Positions 8,033 through 17,091 of a stretch of DNA of 64,000 bases are shown piece after piece (the stretch's first letter is position 1; each line of letters begins with the position of its first letter). Both the position numbers and the translations under genes were made by a program. The DNA is taken from NCBI GenBank assembly GCA_017433615.1, contig JAFRGW010000150.1:17771-81770 (forward strand), given 5' to 3'. The notes under the pieces are model-generated. The model was not told the DNA's origin. It worked only from the letters and a program-made list of their open reading frames with translations, and searched no databases. Source of the DNA: Eubacterium sp. (GTDB taxonomy: Bacteria; Bacillota; Clostridia; Lachnospirales; Lachnospiraceae).

Positions 8033-9535
8033 ATGAAAACACGAACGCGCCTTTTCATCCGCACAGCCGCTTTTCTCCTCGTTCTGTTTCTGCTCATTCA
8101 GTTGATCAGCAGCATTCTGATGGAGAAGTGGAAGGCATTTAATACAATCGCGGAAACATATATCACAGATCAGTACAATCATCTGGAGCACAACAGTGTG
8201 GAACTGGCAGTGCTCGGCAGCAGTCAGACGGTCGCCGGCTTCTCAGGAATCCATCTGCTGGAACAGTTCGGCATCCGTTCCTTCTCGCCGTCGACCAGTA
8301 ACCAGCCGATGATCTGCACCTGCTACTATGCGAAACAGATGATGAAAACACAGCAGTTAAAAGCGGCGGTTATCGATGTCAGCATGTTATACGAAAAAGT
8401 TTTCCCGACCGGCTTCCGGCGTGTTGCTGATACAGCACCTTTTAGCATCGATAAGCTCAAACTGATCCTGAACCACAGCTCTTATTTAATTAAAAAAAGC
8501 GGCTGGAAAAAAAACATGCGTACAATCTGGTCCTATTTTTTTCCATTCATGCAATACCATGACCGCTGGGAATCTCTGACAAAAACGGATTTCGGACAGA
8601 CTGAATGCGGGCCCTTTGTCTTTTGCGGAAACACTTCCCAGATAGCACGGCAATCTGTCACAGATATTATTCTGGAAGACAAACCGGATTCAGCGGCAGA
8701 TGAACTTCCCGACGAAAACCAGCTTTACTGGTTCCGGGAGATGATAGACGCCTTTCAGCAGGCCGGTATTCCCGTTCTGCTCATTAAGACACCCAAGTAT
8801 GACTGGACGCCCGCCCGCTATCGGGGCGTCTGTGCACTGGCTGAGGAATACGGACTGGAGTATCTGGATTTTAACACAAGAGCGCTGTTCGACGACGCCG
8901 GTCTGAACGCAGAACAGGATTTCTCCAATCCGGAGCATCTGAACTACAGCGGTGCGATCAAACTGACGGACTATCTGGCAGAATACCTCTGCCGACGCGT
9001 TTCCTTTAACAAGTGTGTGCTGACAGCGGAAGACGAACAGGATCTGGCGGACTTTCACGCCATTCTCCGCAAAAACGAGCTCATGCTGACTGATGATGCC
9101 GTGACAGTTCTCTCCTGCGCGGCAGATGGTGACTGTACGCTTCTGTTACAGATCGATGAAGGTGCAGCGCTTCCGGAAGCCATCCGCAAAAAGCTGGAAC
9201 CATTCGGGTTTCACGCAGATCAGGCAGGCATCGAACATCAGGATTTCTTTGGTCTGTACACTGGAAATACACTGGTCTACGAGCGCTACGGGGCAAAAAA
9301 ATACAGCTCCGCTCTGCCTTCCGGCCTGAAGCTGGAGCTGAAAAGAGAAACCGATAAAAACCTTCCTGTTCTCTATCTGAATGAGACAGCCGTCAGTTTT
9401 CCTGAACCCGGTGTACATATCGTGATCTCTGCCGACCGCTATCCGAATATCATACGCGCAGGCACACTCTCTGCAGATGAAAACGGTATGCTCTCCTTTA
9501 CGCCTTCCAGCGGCCTGACGTTTTCCGCAGATTAA
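8033..9535 (+). CDS. Membrane-anchored SGNH-fold acyltransferase (DltD/AlgJ/PatB-like) with C-terminal extension
   Basis: N-terminal TM anchor, VLGSSQ nucleophile block and DFSNPEHLNYSGA His block; divergent from the ACP-MBOAT genes. Start at MKTRTR after AAGGA. Confidence 0.75.
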   Translation: MKTRTRLFIRTAAFLLVLFLLIQLISSILMEKWKAFNTIAETYITDQYNHLEHNSVELAVLGSSQTVAGFSGIHLLEQFGIRSFSPSTSNQPMICTCYYAKQMMKTQQLKAAVIDVSMLYEKVFPTGFRRVADTAPFSIDKLKLILNHSSYLIKKSGWKKNMRTIWSYFFPFMQYHDRWESLTKTDFGQTECGPFVFCGNTSQIARQSVTDIILEDKPDSAADELPDENQLYWFREMIDAFQQAGIPVLLIKTPKYDWTPARYRGVCALAEEYGLEYLDFNTRALFDDAGLNAEQDFSNPEHLNYSGAIKLTDYLAEYLCRRVSFNKCVLTAEDEQDLADFHAILRKNELMLTDDAVTVLSCAADGDCTLLLQIDEGAALPEAIRKKLEPFGFHADQAGIEHQDFFGLYTGNTLVYERYGAKKYSSALPSGLKLELKRETDKNLPVLYLNETAVSFPEPGVHIVISADRYPNIIRAGTLSADENGMLSFTPSSGLTFSAD

Positions 9536-11399
9536 ACATCGTAACTGCGAGCATGAGCGGAAGCGTGTAAAACAGCGGATACGTGTAGCGAGGATGATGA
9601 AAGCAGGCCGGGCCGACCAGAACGATGCCGACCGTCCCCAGCAGCGGGAGCAGCAGAACCAGATTCCGTTTGTCAGATCCGGACAGACTCATCAGAGACA
9701 GCACAATCAGAATCAGCGTGTAGATGGCCTGATCTGTAAAAATCCCGACGGCCGGAAAAAACGCAAACAGATAATAATATCTTACAAGAAGATGCTGCAG
9801 AAAAGCCCTTGCTTTTGAGGGTGTATAAAGATCCCGGTATTCCTGATTGCGGATTCCGGTTGTAAATCCCTCATAGTACCTGGTATTCCCCGCGAGCAGA
9901 TCAAACAGATAATAATTCTGGTGAAGCAGCGCATTGATACAGGTACCCGGATGCTTTTTCAGCATCTTGATCCACAGTGCGCGAAACTGTGCCATTTCTT
10001 CTGCGGTCACATCCAGATTATACTTCTCTTTCAGATCGTCAAATGTGTCCGGATTGTATTTTTCGGCCGTTTCATCCAGCGTCAGTCCGATCACTGTATA
10101 CAGATTCTTCTCATCCTGATCCGAAAAACTCTCCGGGTGCTCAACGGCACACCGCGCAATCTGCTGAATCATCATTGCGCTCTTTGCTCTTCCGGACACC
10201 TGATACGTCACATAGTGTTTTGTAAGTGAGGTCGTCAAAAGCTGCATACCGGCTGTCGGAACGATAGTCAGTATGACAATCAGCAGCATGACGACCGCTT
10301 TTTCTTTTCTTCTGATTATCTGGATCAGTCCCCGGATCAGCAGGCTTCCGATCACGATCAGCATGATATAGATGCCGTTGTAGCGCAGGAACATTCCGGC
10401 CACAGCAAGGATCGTCAGCAGACAGTGTCTGACTGAACGGATAAAATCTCCCGGCTCATACAGGGCAAGCGACAATTCAGTCAGCAGAAGCAGGAAGGCA
10501 CAGCAATATCCCGAATCGATAATCAGCATTGTCGCCTGTGATGAGAATACCGGGAGAAATGCAAAAAAGAACAGCGCCAGAAGCCGCAGCTGACGGGGCA
10601 TTCTAAACCGCTTCATGACATTCAAAGAATAGGCCATGATCAGGATATGTGCAGCGATCTGCAGCAAAACAATGAGAAACAGCCCCCGCTCGATGTGTCC
10701 GGATGAAATACCCAGGTCAGCGAATTTTCCCAGCGCCAGCGTAAACAGGATCGGATGCTGACTTGACCAGATCTCCGGATTCCAGTAATGATGGATCGAT
10801 TTCCAGGAATCCGCACACATCACACCCGGATAACGAATCAGGATCTGCGGAAGCCAGCATATCAGCAGAAAAAGCGCGGAATTCCGGAACGAATGCGTTC
10901 CGTCGATCAGCATAAAAACACGGTGCGCTCCTCTGTTTTCAAAATCCTTTGCGAAATACAGACAGATCATCCGGACTGTTTCCATCAGTCCGTAATACAG
11001 CAGAAATCCGCCGGCCATGGCAAATAATGTGATCAGAATGGATACAACATTGGCAAAAATCATACCCGGCCGCAGAGACATTCCCTGTCTGTAAAAATGT
11101 CCGCCAATGGAAATACCGGAAAGTACAATACAGACAAGCAGTTCAAGAATCCGGAACAGAGCGGACGCTTTCGGTGCGTTCTGAACTTTCTCCATGATTC
11201 TGTGCCACAGCAAAATGCAGATCAGAATGCCGGCAAAAGCGGCCGACAGCATAACCGGATTATCGCTCCCGCCAAACAAAGTGATCTCTTCTTCTGCCAC
11301 GCGCATATTCAGGAAAACGTAAATGAGCAGCGCACCGGCAAGGCTGCATAACAGCATCTGCTTATTCTGAATCAGTGACTTTACATACGATCGGCTCAT
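9498..11399 (-). CDS. Polytopic membrane protein, DUF6020-like (putative GT-C glycosyltransferase)
   Basis: 633 aa with many TMs; YPGVMCADS...SSQHPILFT loop, LRYNG motif and C-terminal PRYTYP. Confidence 0.65.
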   Translation of the reverse strand: MSRSYVKSLIQNKQMLLCSLAGALLIYVFLNMRVAEEEITLFGGSDNPVMLSAAFAGILICILLWHRIMEKVQNAPKASALFRILELLVCIVLSGISIGGHFYRQGMSLRPGMIFANVVSILITLFAMAGGFLLYYGLMETVRMICLYFAKDFENRGAHRVFMLIDGTHSFRNSALFLLICWLPQILIRYPGVMCADSWKSIHHYWNPEIWSSQHPILFTLALGKFADLGISSGHIERGLFLIVLLQIAAHILIMAYSLNVMKRFRMPRQLRLLALFFFAFLPVFSSQATMLIIDSGYCCAFLLLLTELSLALYEPGDFIRSVRHCLLTILAVAGMFLRYNGIYIMLIVIGSLLIRGLIQIIRRKEKAVVMLLIVILTIVPTAGMQLLTTSLTKHYVTYQVSGRAKSAMMIQQIARCAVEHPESFSDQDEKNLYTVIGLTLDETAEKYNPDTFDDLKEKYNLDVTAEEMAQFRALWIKMLKKHPGTCINALLHQNYYLFDLLAGNTRYYEGFTTGIRNQEYRDLYTPSKARAFLQHLLVRYYYLFAFFPAVGIFTDQAIYTLILIVLSLMSLSGSDKRNLVLLLPLLGTVGIVLVGPACFHHPRYTYPLFYTLPLMLAVTMFNLRKTSGRWKA

Positions 11400-12506
11400 C
11401 TATGCTATCTCCAGTCGGTTCATAACTTTTCTTTCAATCCAATCCACGAGTTTCTGGTAACGAATCAGTTTTTTCAGCCATGTGATAACAATCGCTCCGA
11501 TCAGAGAATCAACAGCCAGGACCAGGAAGATCAGCCACCAGTAACGGAACCAGTATGTGAAATGATATCCCCATACACGGCGGATGAAATTGTGGATCAG
11601 GAAAATCGTCATGGAATACTTTCCGAAAACATCCAGCAGACGGGAGATCCCCGGAATCTTATTAATATATCCTGCAAACAGTGCGCACACGATAACCGGA
11701 ATGAAACCATCGCACAAAAACCGGACCGGAACGACACTCACATACTTCCGCAGACAAAACAGGCCCAGAAAAACTGCTGTTTCCAGCGCCGGCTTCATGA
11801 TCCTGCTGCCCCCGGGCTGCCAGTCGCAGATTCTGCCGATCCAGTTGCGTTCTGCCGCAATGATTCCGCCTGCAAGGCAGCACACATATTTCGGAAAATC
11901 CGCGTAATTGTTTCCCTCAATCGTCGGAAACATCACCGCGATCAGCAGGGATACGGCAATTAGTACTGCCGCACCGAACTTCCTGTACAGCTGTAATGCC
12001 GCCGGCAGCAGAAAGATAAAAATCACTGCGAGGGACATATACCAGAATGTATGATAATAGGTCGGCGTCTGAAACAGCTCTGCCAGACCTGATAAATCAA
12101 CAAGAAAATAAATCAGCGTCACGGCGTTTGTTCCATAGATATCAAAAAACCTGTGGGGCTGAACAACAAATCCCGCCGCGACCAGAACCAGAAGCACGAA
12201 GGCAAATCCTCCGATCATCCGGATATACCGCCTCAGAACCAGCTCTTCTGTTTCCCTGCGGGTAAACGTGAGTTCCCTGTTTTTCTTCAGGTAAGACAAA
12301 GTCATACCATAAACGCTTAAAAACGCGAAAATCGCCACACAGATCTTCGACTGTTTCGAGACGAAATTGACCGCAGCCTCAGAAAACGGGCTGAAAATGA
12401 CCGTTTTTCCTTCATATCGCTCCGGACTGTAATAAAGATGATGAAATATCATCAGAAGGATCGCGAAGCCTTTTACTTTTTGTGTATCCTCTCTGGTAAA
12501 CGACAT
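11400..12506 (-). CDS. Acyltransferase family 3 protein
   Basis: KGFAILLMIFHH, ICVAIFAFLSVYG, WYM and GKYSMTIFLIH motifs. Confidence 0.85.
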   Translation of the reverse strand: MSFTREDTQKVKGFAILLMIFHHLYYSPERYEGKTVIFSPFSEAAVNFVSKQSKICVAIFAFLSVYGMTLSYLKKNRELTFTRRETEELVLRRYIRMIGGFAFVLLVLVAAGFVVQPHRFFDIYGTNAVTLIYFLVDLSGLAELFQTPTYYHTFWYMSLAVIFIFLLPAALQLYRKFGAAVLIAVSLLIAVMFPTIEGNNYADFPKYVCCLAGGIIAAERNWIGRICDWQPGGSRIMKPALETAVFLGLFCLRKYVSVVPVRFLCDGFIPVIVCALFAGYINKIPGISRLLDVFGKYSMTIFLIHNFIRRVWGYHFTYWFRYWWLIFLVLAVDSLIGAIVITWLKKLIRYQKLVDWIERKVMNRLEIA

Positions 12507-12512
12507 GGCGGA

Positions 12513-13772
12513 TTACTTCCTCTCCGAAAAAACTTCTTTTTGCCGCTTCCTGTATTGCACCACGAGAATCGCTCCGAACAACAGGAACAGAATGGAACAG
12601 GACAGCAGATAATTCAGGCAGGCACCTCTCACACCCCACAGAGCGACCATTTTTCTGGATGGCAGAATGGTCAGAACCGCGGCTGCCGCATATACCGGCA
12701 GAATACAGTTTCCCTTTCTGATCGCAATCAGGATATTGTATATCATATAGACTTCTGCTCCGATGCCGCCGCCCACCAGCAAAATAATAAAATGGAGCCG
12801 GTAGGGTTCCAGATTCACTGCGTAAATCAGTTCCAGAAGCCTTCTGCCAATCAGGTGTCCGGCGACGACGATCAACAGATCCGCGCCGATGATGAACACG
12901 ATGATCCGCAGCACGTAACGAAGAAACGCTTTCAGTTTGTTCTCCCACCAGAGTCCGGCAATCGTTGTAATGGTCGGCTTAAAAACAAACTCGCACATCA
13001 GCGTAATCACAAAGGACGGCATGAACAGGACACTGTAGTAAGTCTGGTACTCGTCCGTCATGACGGCAGCCATCGCATATTTCGGAACATTATACAGCAG
13101 CAGGGACAAAAACGTTCCTGCAAACAGCGGCGTACAGATCGTCAGAAGCTTACGAAGTGCCCAGAGGCGGCATTTTCCTGCCGGGACGCCCCGCTCCTTC
13201 ATTCTTCGTGAAACAATTGCGTGATTGATCAGCAGACACATCAGAAGGGAACTCACGGCAGTAAAGGCACATGTAACCAGAAGATCTTTCGTCACCAGAA
13301 GGGTCCCGGTAAATGCGATTACCGAATACAGATTTCTCGCCGCGAGCAGTTTGCCCATGGTCTCCACATGATAGATCTGCTGCAGGTTACCGTGGTAGAC
13401 GTCTTCAACCGCATCGATCATCTTCATCATGATAATAAACATACAGATGACAATGCGCCCGCCGCGGAACGAAAACAGGCTGTATCCGAGACCGCCCAAC
13501 ATCATCAGGATACAGGTCAGGATTCTCGAAATTCCGTACTCCCGGAATGTAAACGCAGCGTTCAGATCTGTTGCCTGAAAGGTTCGCATCCCGTACCGGC
13601 CGACTGTCAAAAGAAGCTGCGCCGTCGCATAACATAACGAAAAAAAGCCGGCAGTCTCAACTCCGCATATTCGGGAAACGATCATCAGATAAAGAATCGA
13701 TGATCCCGAATATACGGAACTGCCGATCATATTCCATAAAAAAGCTTTTCCTTTGTTCTTTTCTTTATTCAT
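12513..13772 (-). CDS. Wzx/MOP-family oligosaccharide flippase
   Basis: About 12 TMs; N-terminal WNMIGS...SRICG..TAG.FS pattern typical of polysaccharide flippases. Confidence 0.8.
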   Translation of the reverse strand: MNKEKNKGKAFLWNMIGSSVYSGSSILYLMIVSRICGVETAGFFSLCYATAQLLLTVGRYGMRTFQATDLNAAFTFREYGISRILTCILMMLGGLGYSLFSFRGGRIVICMFIIMMKMIDAVEDVYHGNLQQIYHVETMGKLLAARNLYSVIAFTGTLLVTKDLLVTCAFTAVSSLLMCLLINHAIVSRRMKERGVPAGKCRLWALRKLLTICTPLFAGTFLSLLLYNVPKYAMAAVMTDEYQTYYSVLFMPSFVITLMCEFVFKPTITTIAGLWWENKLKAFLRYVLRIIVFIIGADLLIVVAGHLIGRRLLELIYAVNLEPYRLHFIILLVGGGIGAEVYMIYNILIAIRKGNCILPVYAAAAVLTILPSRKMVALWGVRGACLNYLLSCSILFLLFGAILVVQYRKRQKEVFSERK

Positions 13773-13825
13773 TCAGAAAACCCAGGTTCCCGCTCAATCA
13801 AGCTCTTCGATTGCGCGCGGACTGC

Positions 13826-15955
13826 TCATTCTCTGAGCGTAAAATAAGAATCAATCCGCCCGCTCTTATCAAACTGGTAATTGTAGGCCAGATAGCGATA
13901 AGCTCTGATCCAGTCATCAAAAGGCCAGGATTCCGCATCCGGTTCATAATAAGTTCCGTCAGATGAGAGAATTCCGTGATTGGTAATTACCGGAATCTCT
14001 TTCTGCATCGCAGCCAGAAATTTTCCGTAGGCTGACATCGGAACGCCGGCTATGTCCATGACAGCCGCGCTCAGATAATTGATGCTGATTTCATCAAACT
14101 GCTCATCATATTTTCCGCCGGGATTGATGTCATAATTCGCCCAGATCACCAGCGGGGTCGTGTACTTCTTAAACTGATCAGCGCCTTCAAGATTGTCCTC
14201 GCTGCGCCCCCAGAGCGTCTTGTAAAAATCTCCATGAAAATTCGGCAGATGATCACCAAACATAACCAGAATCGTCGGCTCATCAACCTGCTCAAAATAC
14301 GCAGCCAGTTTTTCAAAGGCCTCGTCCGAATACTGCGTCAAGTTGATAAACCGCTTCGTCAGCTTAATCCGGGAGAGTTCCAGGAATTTTTCCGATGTGA
14401 TATTGATATCCTGTTCAAAGTTGTCAAAATCCTTCGTGTACGGGCCGTGATTCTGCATCGTCACATTCATGAGATAGTACGGTGCATCACTCTTACTTCT
14501 GGCCTCTTCGTATAGTTCCCTGACAAAACGGAAATCCGCCTCATCGGATATGCGACTTCTCAGGTAATCCGCATCTGTAACCCGGTCCTGGATATCCTCC
14601 AGCGCGACGTATCTGTCAAAGCCCAGATTCTCATATGCACGCGGCCGGCTGTAACCGTCCTTCAGATATGGATGGAACGCCTCATTTCCACAATAACCCG
14701 CAGCGCTGAAAACGCTGTTGATCGACGGCTGGGGACTCCGCACAAACATGGAGTACGGAATTGCCCCGTCCGGAAGATTAAAGAGTGAATTCCCCGTCAG
14801 AAGCTCATACTCTGTATTCGCCGTATGCCCGCCAAATACATCCACATGCAGATTGCCCGTGATCGCATTGCTCTTTCCCTGAAGGCTGTGAATAAACGGC
14901 ATCGGATCTTCACTCAGCCCCAGCTCATCGTAGACAGAAAAGTCTGTCAGACTCTCATTCATAATAAAAATAATATTGGGGGACTGCGTCAAAGAAGCGG
15001 CGTCTGCAGCCGGATCACTCTCATAGGACAGCGAATCCATCAGTTCTTTACAGCTGGCTGCGCTGTATCCGTCTGGAGCACTCACAAACAGGCCGTAAAA
15101 ACTGCGTGTGAAATTCAGCCATTCTCCGTTCTCCTGATACGTCGTCATCGGTTTATCCAGACGCACCCGGATGTGCTGCGTCGCGGGCCACGGTGAGATT
15201 GCGAACACCCATATAAAAAACACGGAAAATACGGCAGCGCCCGCATCCAGCAGAAGCCTTTTCCTGCCGGTAAAAAGCGGCTCTTCTTTCGGGAGCCATG
15301 TGAGCAGTGTCAGAATCAGTGCACCGACTGCCAGACTCACAAAAAACGGCCAGGTCATGACCACCACATATTCGTCTGCCACATTTGCAGCCGTTCCGAC
15401 TGTAAACAGATCCGCGGCACTGATCGCCTCTCCGCGGAAAACATTTACATAATAATTAACAGCGGACCCGTCAACCAGCAGCGTATAGGTAAGAAGCATA
15501 CTCCACTTAAAACGATTCGATACGATATAGATAATCAGAAAAAGACACACTGCCAGAATGAGATTGCAGGCGATGAACAGTTTTCTGATCGCAAACAGCT
15601 GAAAACCGTGGATGTACTCACACATATAGAGTGCCAGAAGCAGAACCACCCCCGTAAGCAGAACGTAAAACAGGCGGATCATCCATTTCTTTACAAACCG
15701 CGGCCAGTTCCAGCGCACAAAACAGGGAATTAAAACTGCGACGGCTGAGCCGGCCACCGTGGCAAGCACCCGCTTCCAGCGGATTATCATACCGCCGTCT
15801 GTGGTTATGACAAAGAAATCTTTATTTGCAAAAAAGAAACAGATCAGCGTGATAAAAACTGCGGCGCGGACACATGCCCAGACAATCTGCCTGATGTCTT
15901 TTTTGTTCTTTCCCCCGGCTGCTCTGCCGGTCATAAAAAACTGTTGCATTTTCAA
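13826..15955 (-). CDS. LTA synthase/GacH-family phosphoglycerol transferase (sulfatase fold)
   Basis: N-terminal TMs; IMNESLTD, GGHTANTE (catalytic Thr), MQNHGPY and FGDH metal ligands. Confidence 0.9.
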   Translation of the reverse strand: MKMQQFFMTGRAAGGKNKKDIRQIVWACVRAAVFITLICFFFANKDFFVITTDGGMIIRWKRVLATVAGSAVAVLIPCFVRWNWPRFVKKWMIRLFYVLLTGVVLLLALYMCEYIHGFQLFAIRKLFIACNLILAVCLFLIIYIVSNRFKWSMLLTYTLLVDGSAVNYYVNVFRGEAISAADLFTVGTAANVADEYVVVMTWPFFVSLAVGALILTLLTWLPKEEPLFTGRKRLLLDAGAAVFSVFFIWVFAISPWPATQHIRVRLDKPMTTYQENGEWLNFTRSFYGLFVSAPDGYSAASCKELMDSLSYESDPAADAASLTQSPNIIFIMNESLTDFSVYDELGLSEDPMPFIHSLQGKSNAITGNLHVDVFGGHTANTEYELLTGNSLFNLPDGAIPYSMFVRSPQPSINSVFSAAGYCGNEAFHPYLKDGYSRPRAYENLGFDRYVALEDIQDRVTDADYLRSRISDEADFRFVRELYEEARSKSDAPYYLMNVTMQNHGPYTKDFDNFEQDINITSEKFLELSRIKLTKRFINLTQYSDEAFEKLAAYFEQVDEPTILVMFGDHLPNFHGDFYKTLWGRSEDNLEGADQFKKYTTPLVIWANYDINPGGKYDEQFDEISINYLSAAVMDIAGVPMSAYGKFLAAMQKEIPVITNHGILSSDGTYYEPDAESWPFDDWIRAYRYLAYNYQFDKSGRIDSYFTLRE

Positions 15956-15971
15956 AAAGCCTTTCCGTCAG

Positions 15972-17063
15972 TCAGATCTGATTCATCAATGCCTCAAGCT
16001 GTTTCAATGATTCTCTGCGATATTCATCAATTTTCCGGTTTGCATAAGAAAAATCAATTTCTTCTGTCAGCTGCTCATCGGAAACATCTTCAATGGTCCT
16101 GTTCTGGAGACCGCAGAGCTCCAGCAGCTGATTTGCCCGTTTATTCATATGATGCCCGTTGGTCATAATAAAAAACTTCCGGTTAAATAAAATCGAAAAA
16201 ACAGCGCCATGGAACGAATCCGAGACCACATACTCTGCCTTCTGAAAGAGTCCGAGCCACTCACGTGGTCCGATGGTCAGTTTCATCCTGCAGCGCATAA
16301 TCCCGACCAGCGGAAACGGAACATAGATAACACGCAGGCCTGTTTTCTTCTGCAGGCGGCGGACAAAATCAACAAAAACCGTGTTAATTCCAAGCTGATA
16401 AACCAGAATGTAAGGTTTCCTTACGCGTGGCTTCACGGAAAGTTTTTCCCATTCAGCCCCACTGAACAGCAGTGTCGGATCACATACGGTTCCGGGACGC
16501 CTGCCAATCAACTGTTCTACAACGTCCGCACCGTATGATTCCCGCACGGTAATTGCATCAAAATCGTCCAGGAGTTTCCGATAAGTTTCCTGATATTCCT
16601 CCGGCGGCATGTTCTCGCCGATACTTGCGGCATAACTGAACTTCTTGTGCCCTTCCTGAACGAAATCGAGGAAATAGGTCTGGTCAAAATCTGTCAGTTT
16701 GTAATCCCAGATCTGATCGCTTCCGGCAACATAAGCATCATATTCCCCGCCGATTTCATCCCGGTTTTCCGCTGTCATCGGCCGGCTGTAATTCATCAGT
16801 TTCCGGAATTTCTGACACCGGTACCGGCGCGGAAGATAGCAGATATGTCCGATCGCACCATAAATATAGTTAAACAGCCCCTTTTTTTTCAATGTCTGTA
16901 AGGAAAAGGGTTTGCTGATATATTCACAGTTATAGTCAATGATATCCACATCCTTCCCGGTCTGGCGAATCCGCTTCTGCAGTGCATAACTCTGCAAAAT
17001 CGCTCCATAATTATCATAATTGTGAAAGGTTATAATGCCGACTTTCTTTTTCGTATCTGTCAT
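15972..17063 (-). CDS. Polysaccharide pyruvyl transferase family protein
   Basis: ITFHNYDNYGAILQ, GSDQIW, YAASIG, TVRE, DPTLL and DSFHG motifs. ATG at 17063 preferred over TTG at 17090. Confidence 0.92.
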   Translation of the reverse strand: MTDTKKKVGIITFHNYDNYGAILQSYALQKRIRQTGKDVDIIDYNCEYISKPFSLQTLKKKGLFNYIYGAIGHICYLPRRYRCQKFRKLMNYSRPMTAENRDEIGGEYDAYVAGSDQIWDYKLTDFDQTYFLDFVQEGHKKFSYAASIGENMPPEEYQETYRKLLDDFDAITVRESYGADVVEQLIGRRPGTVCDPTLLFSGAEWEKLSVKPRVRKPYILVYQLGINTVFVDFVRRLQKKTGLRVIYVPFPLVGIMRCRMKLTIGPREWLGLFQKAEYVVSDSFHGAVFSILFNRKFFIMTNGHHMNKRANQLLELCGLQNRTIEDVSDEQLTEEIDFSYANRKIDEYRRESLKQLEALMNQI

Positions 17064-17091
17064 AAACGAATCACTTTCCGTAAATACCAAT

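Noticed and set aside
9498-9535. 38-bp overlap of convergent genes
   Set aside because: Short 3' overlaps are common; no evidence of a regulatory role.
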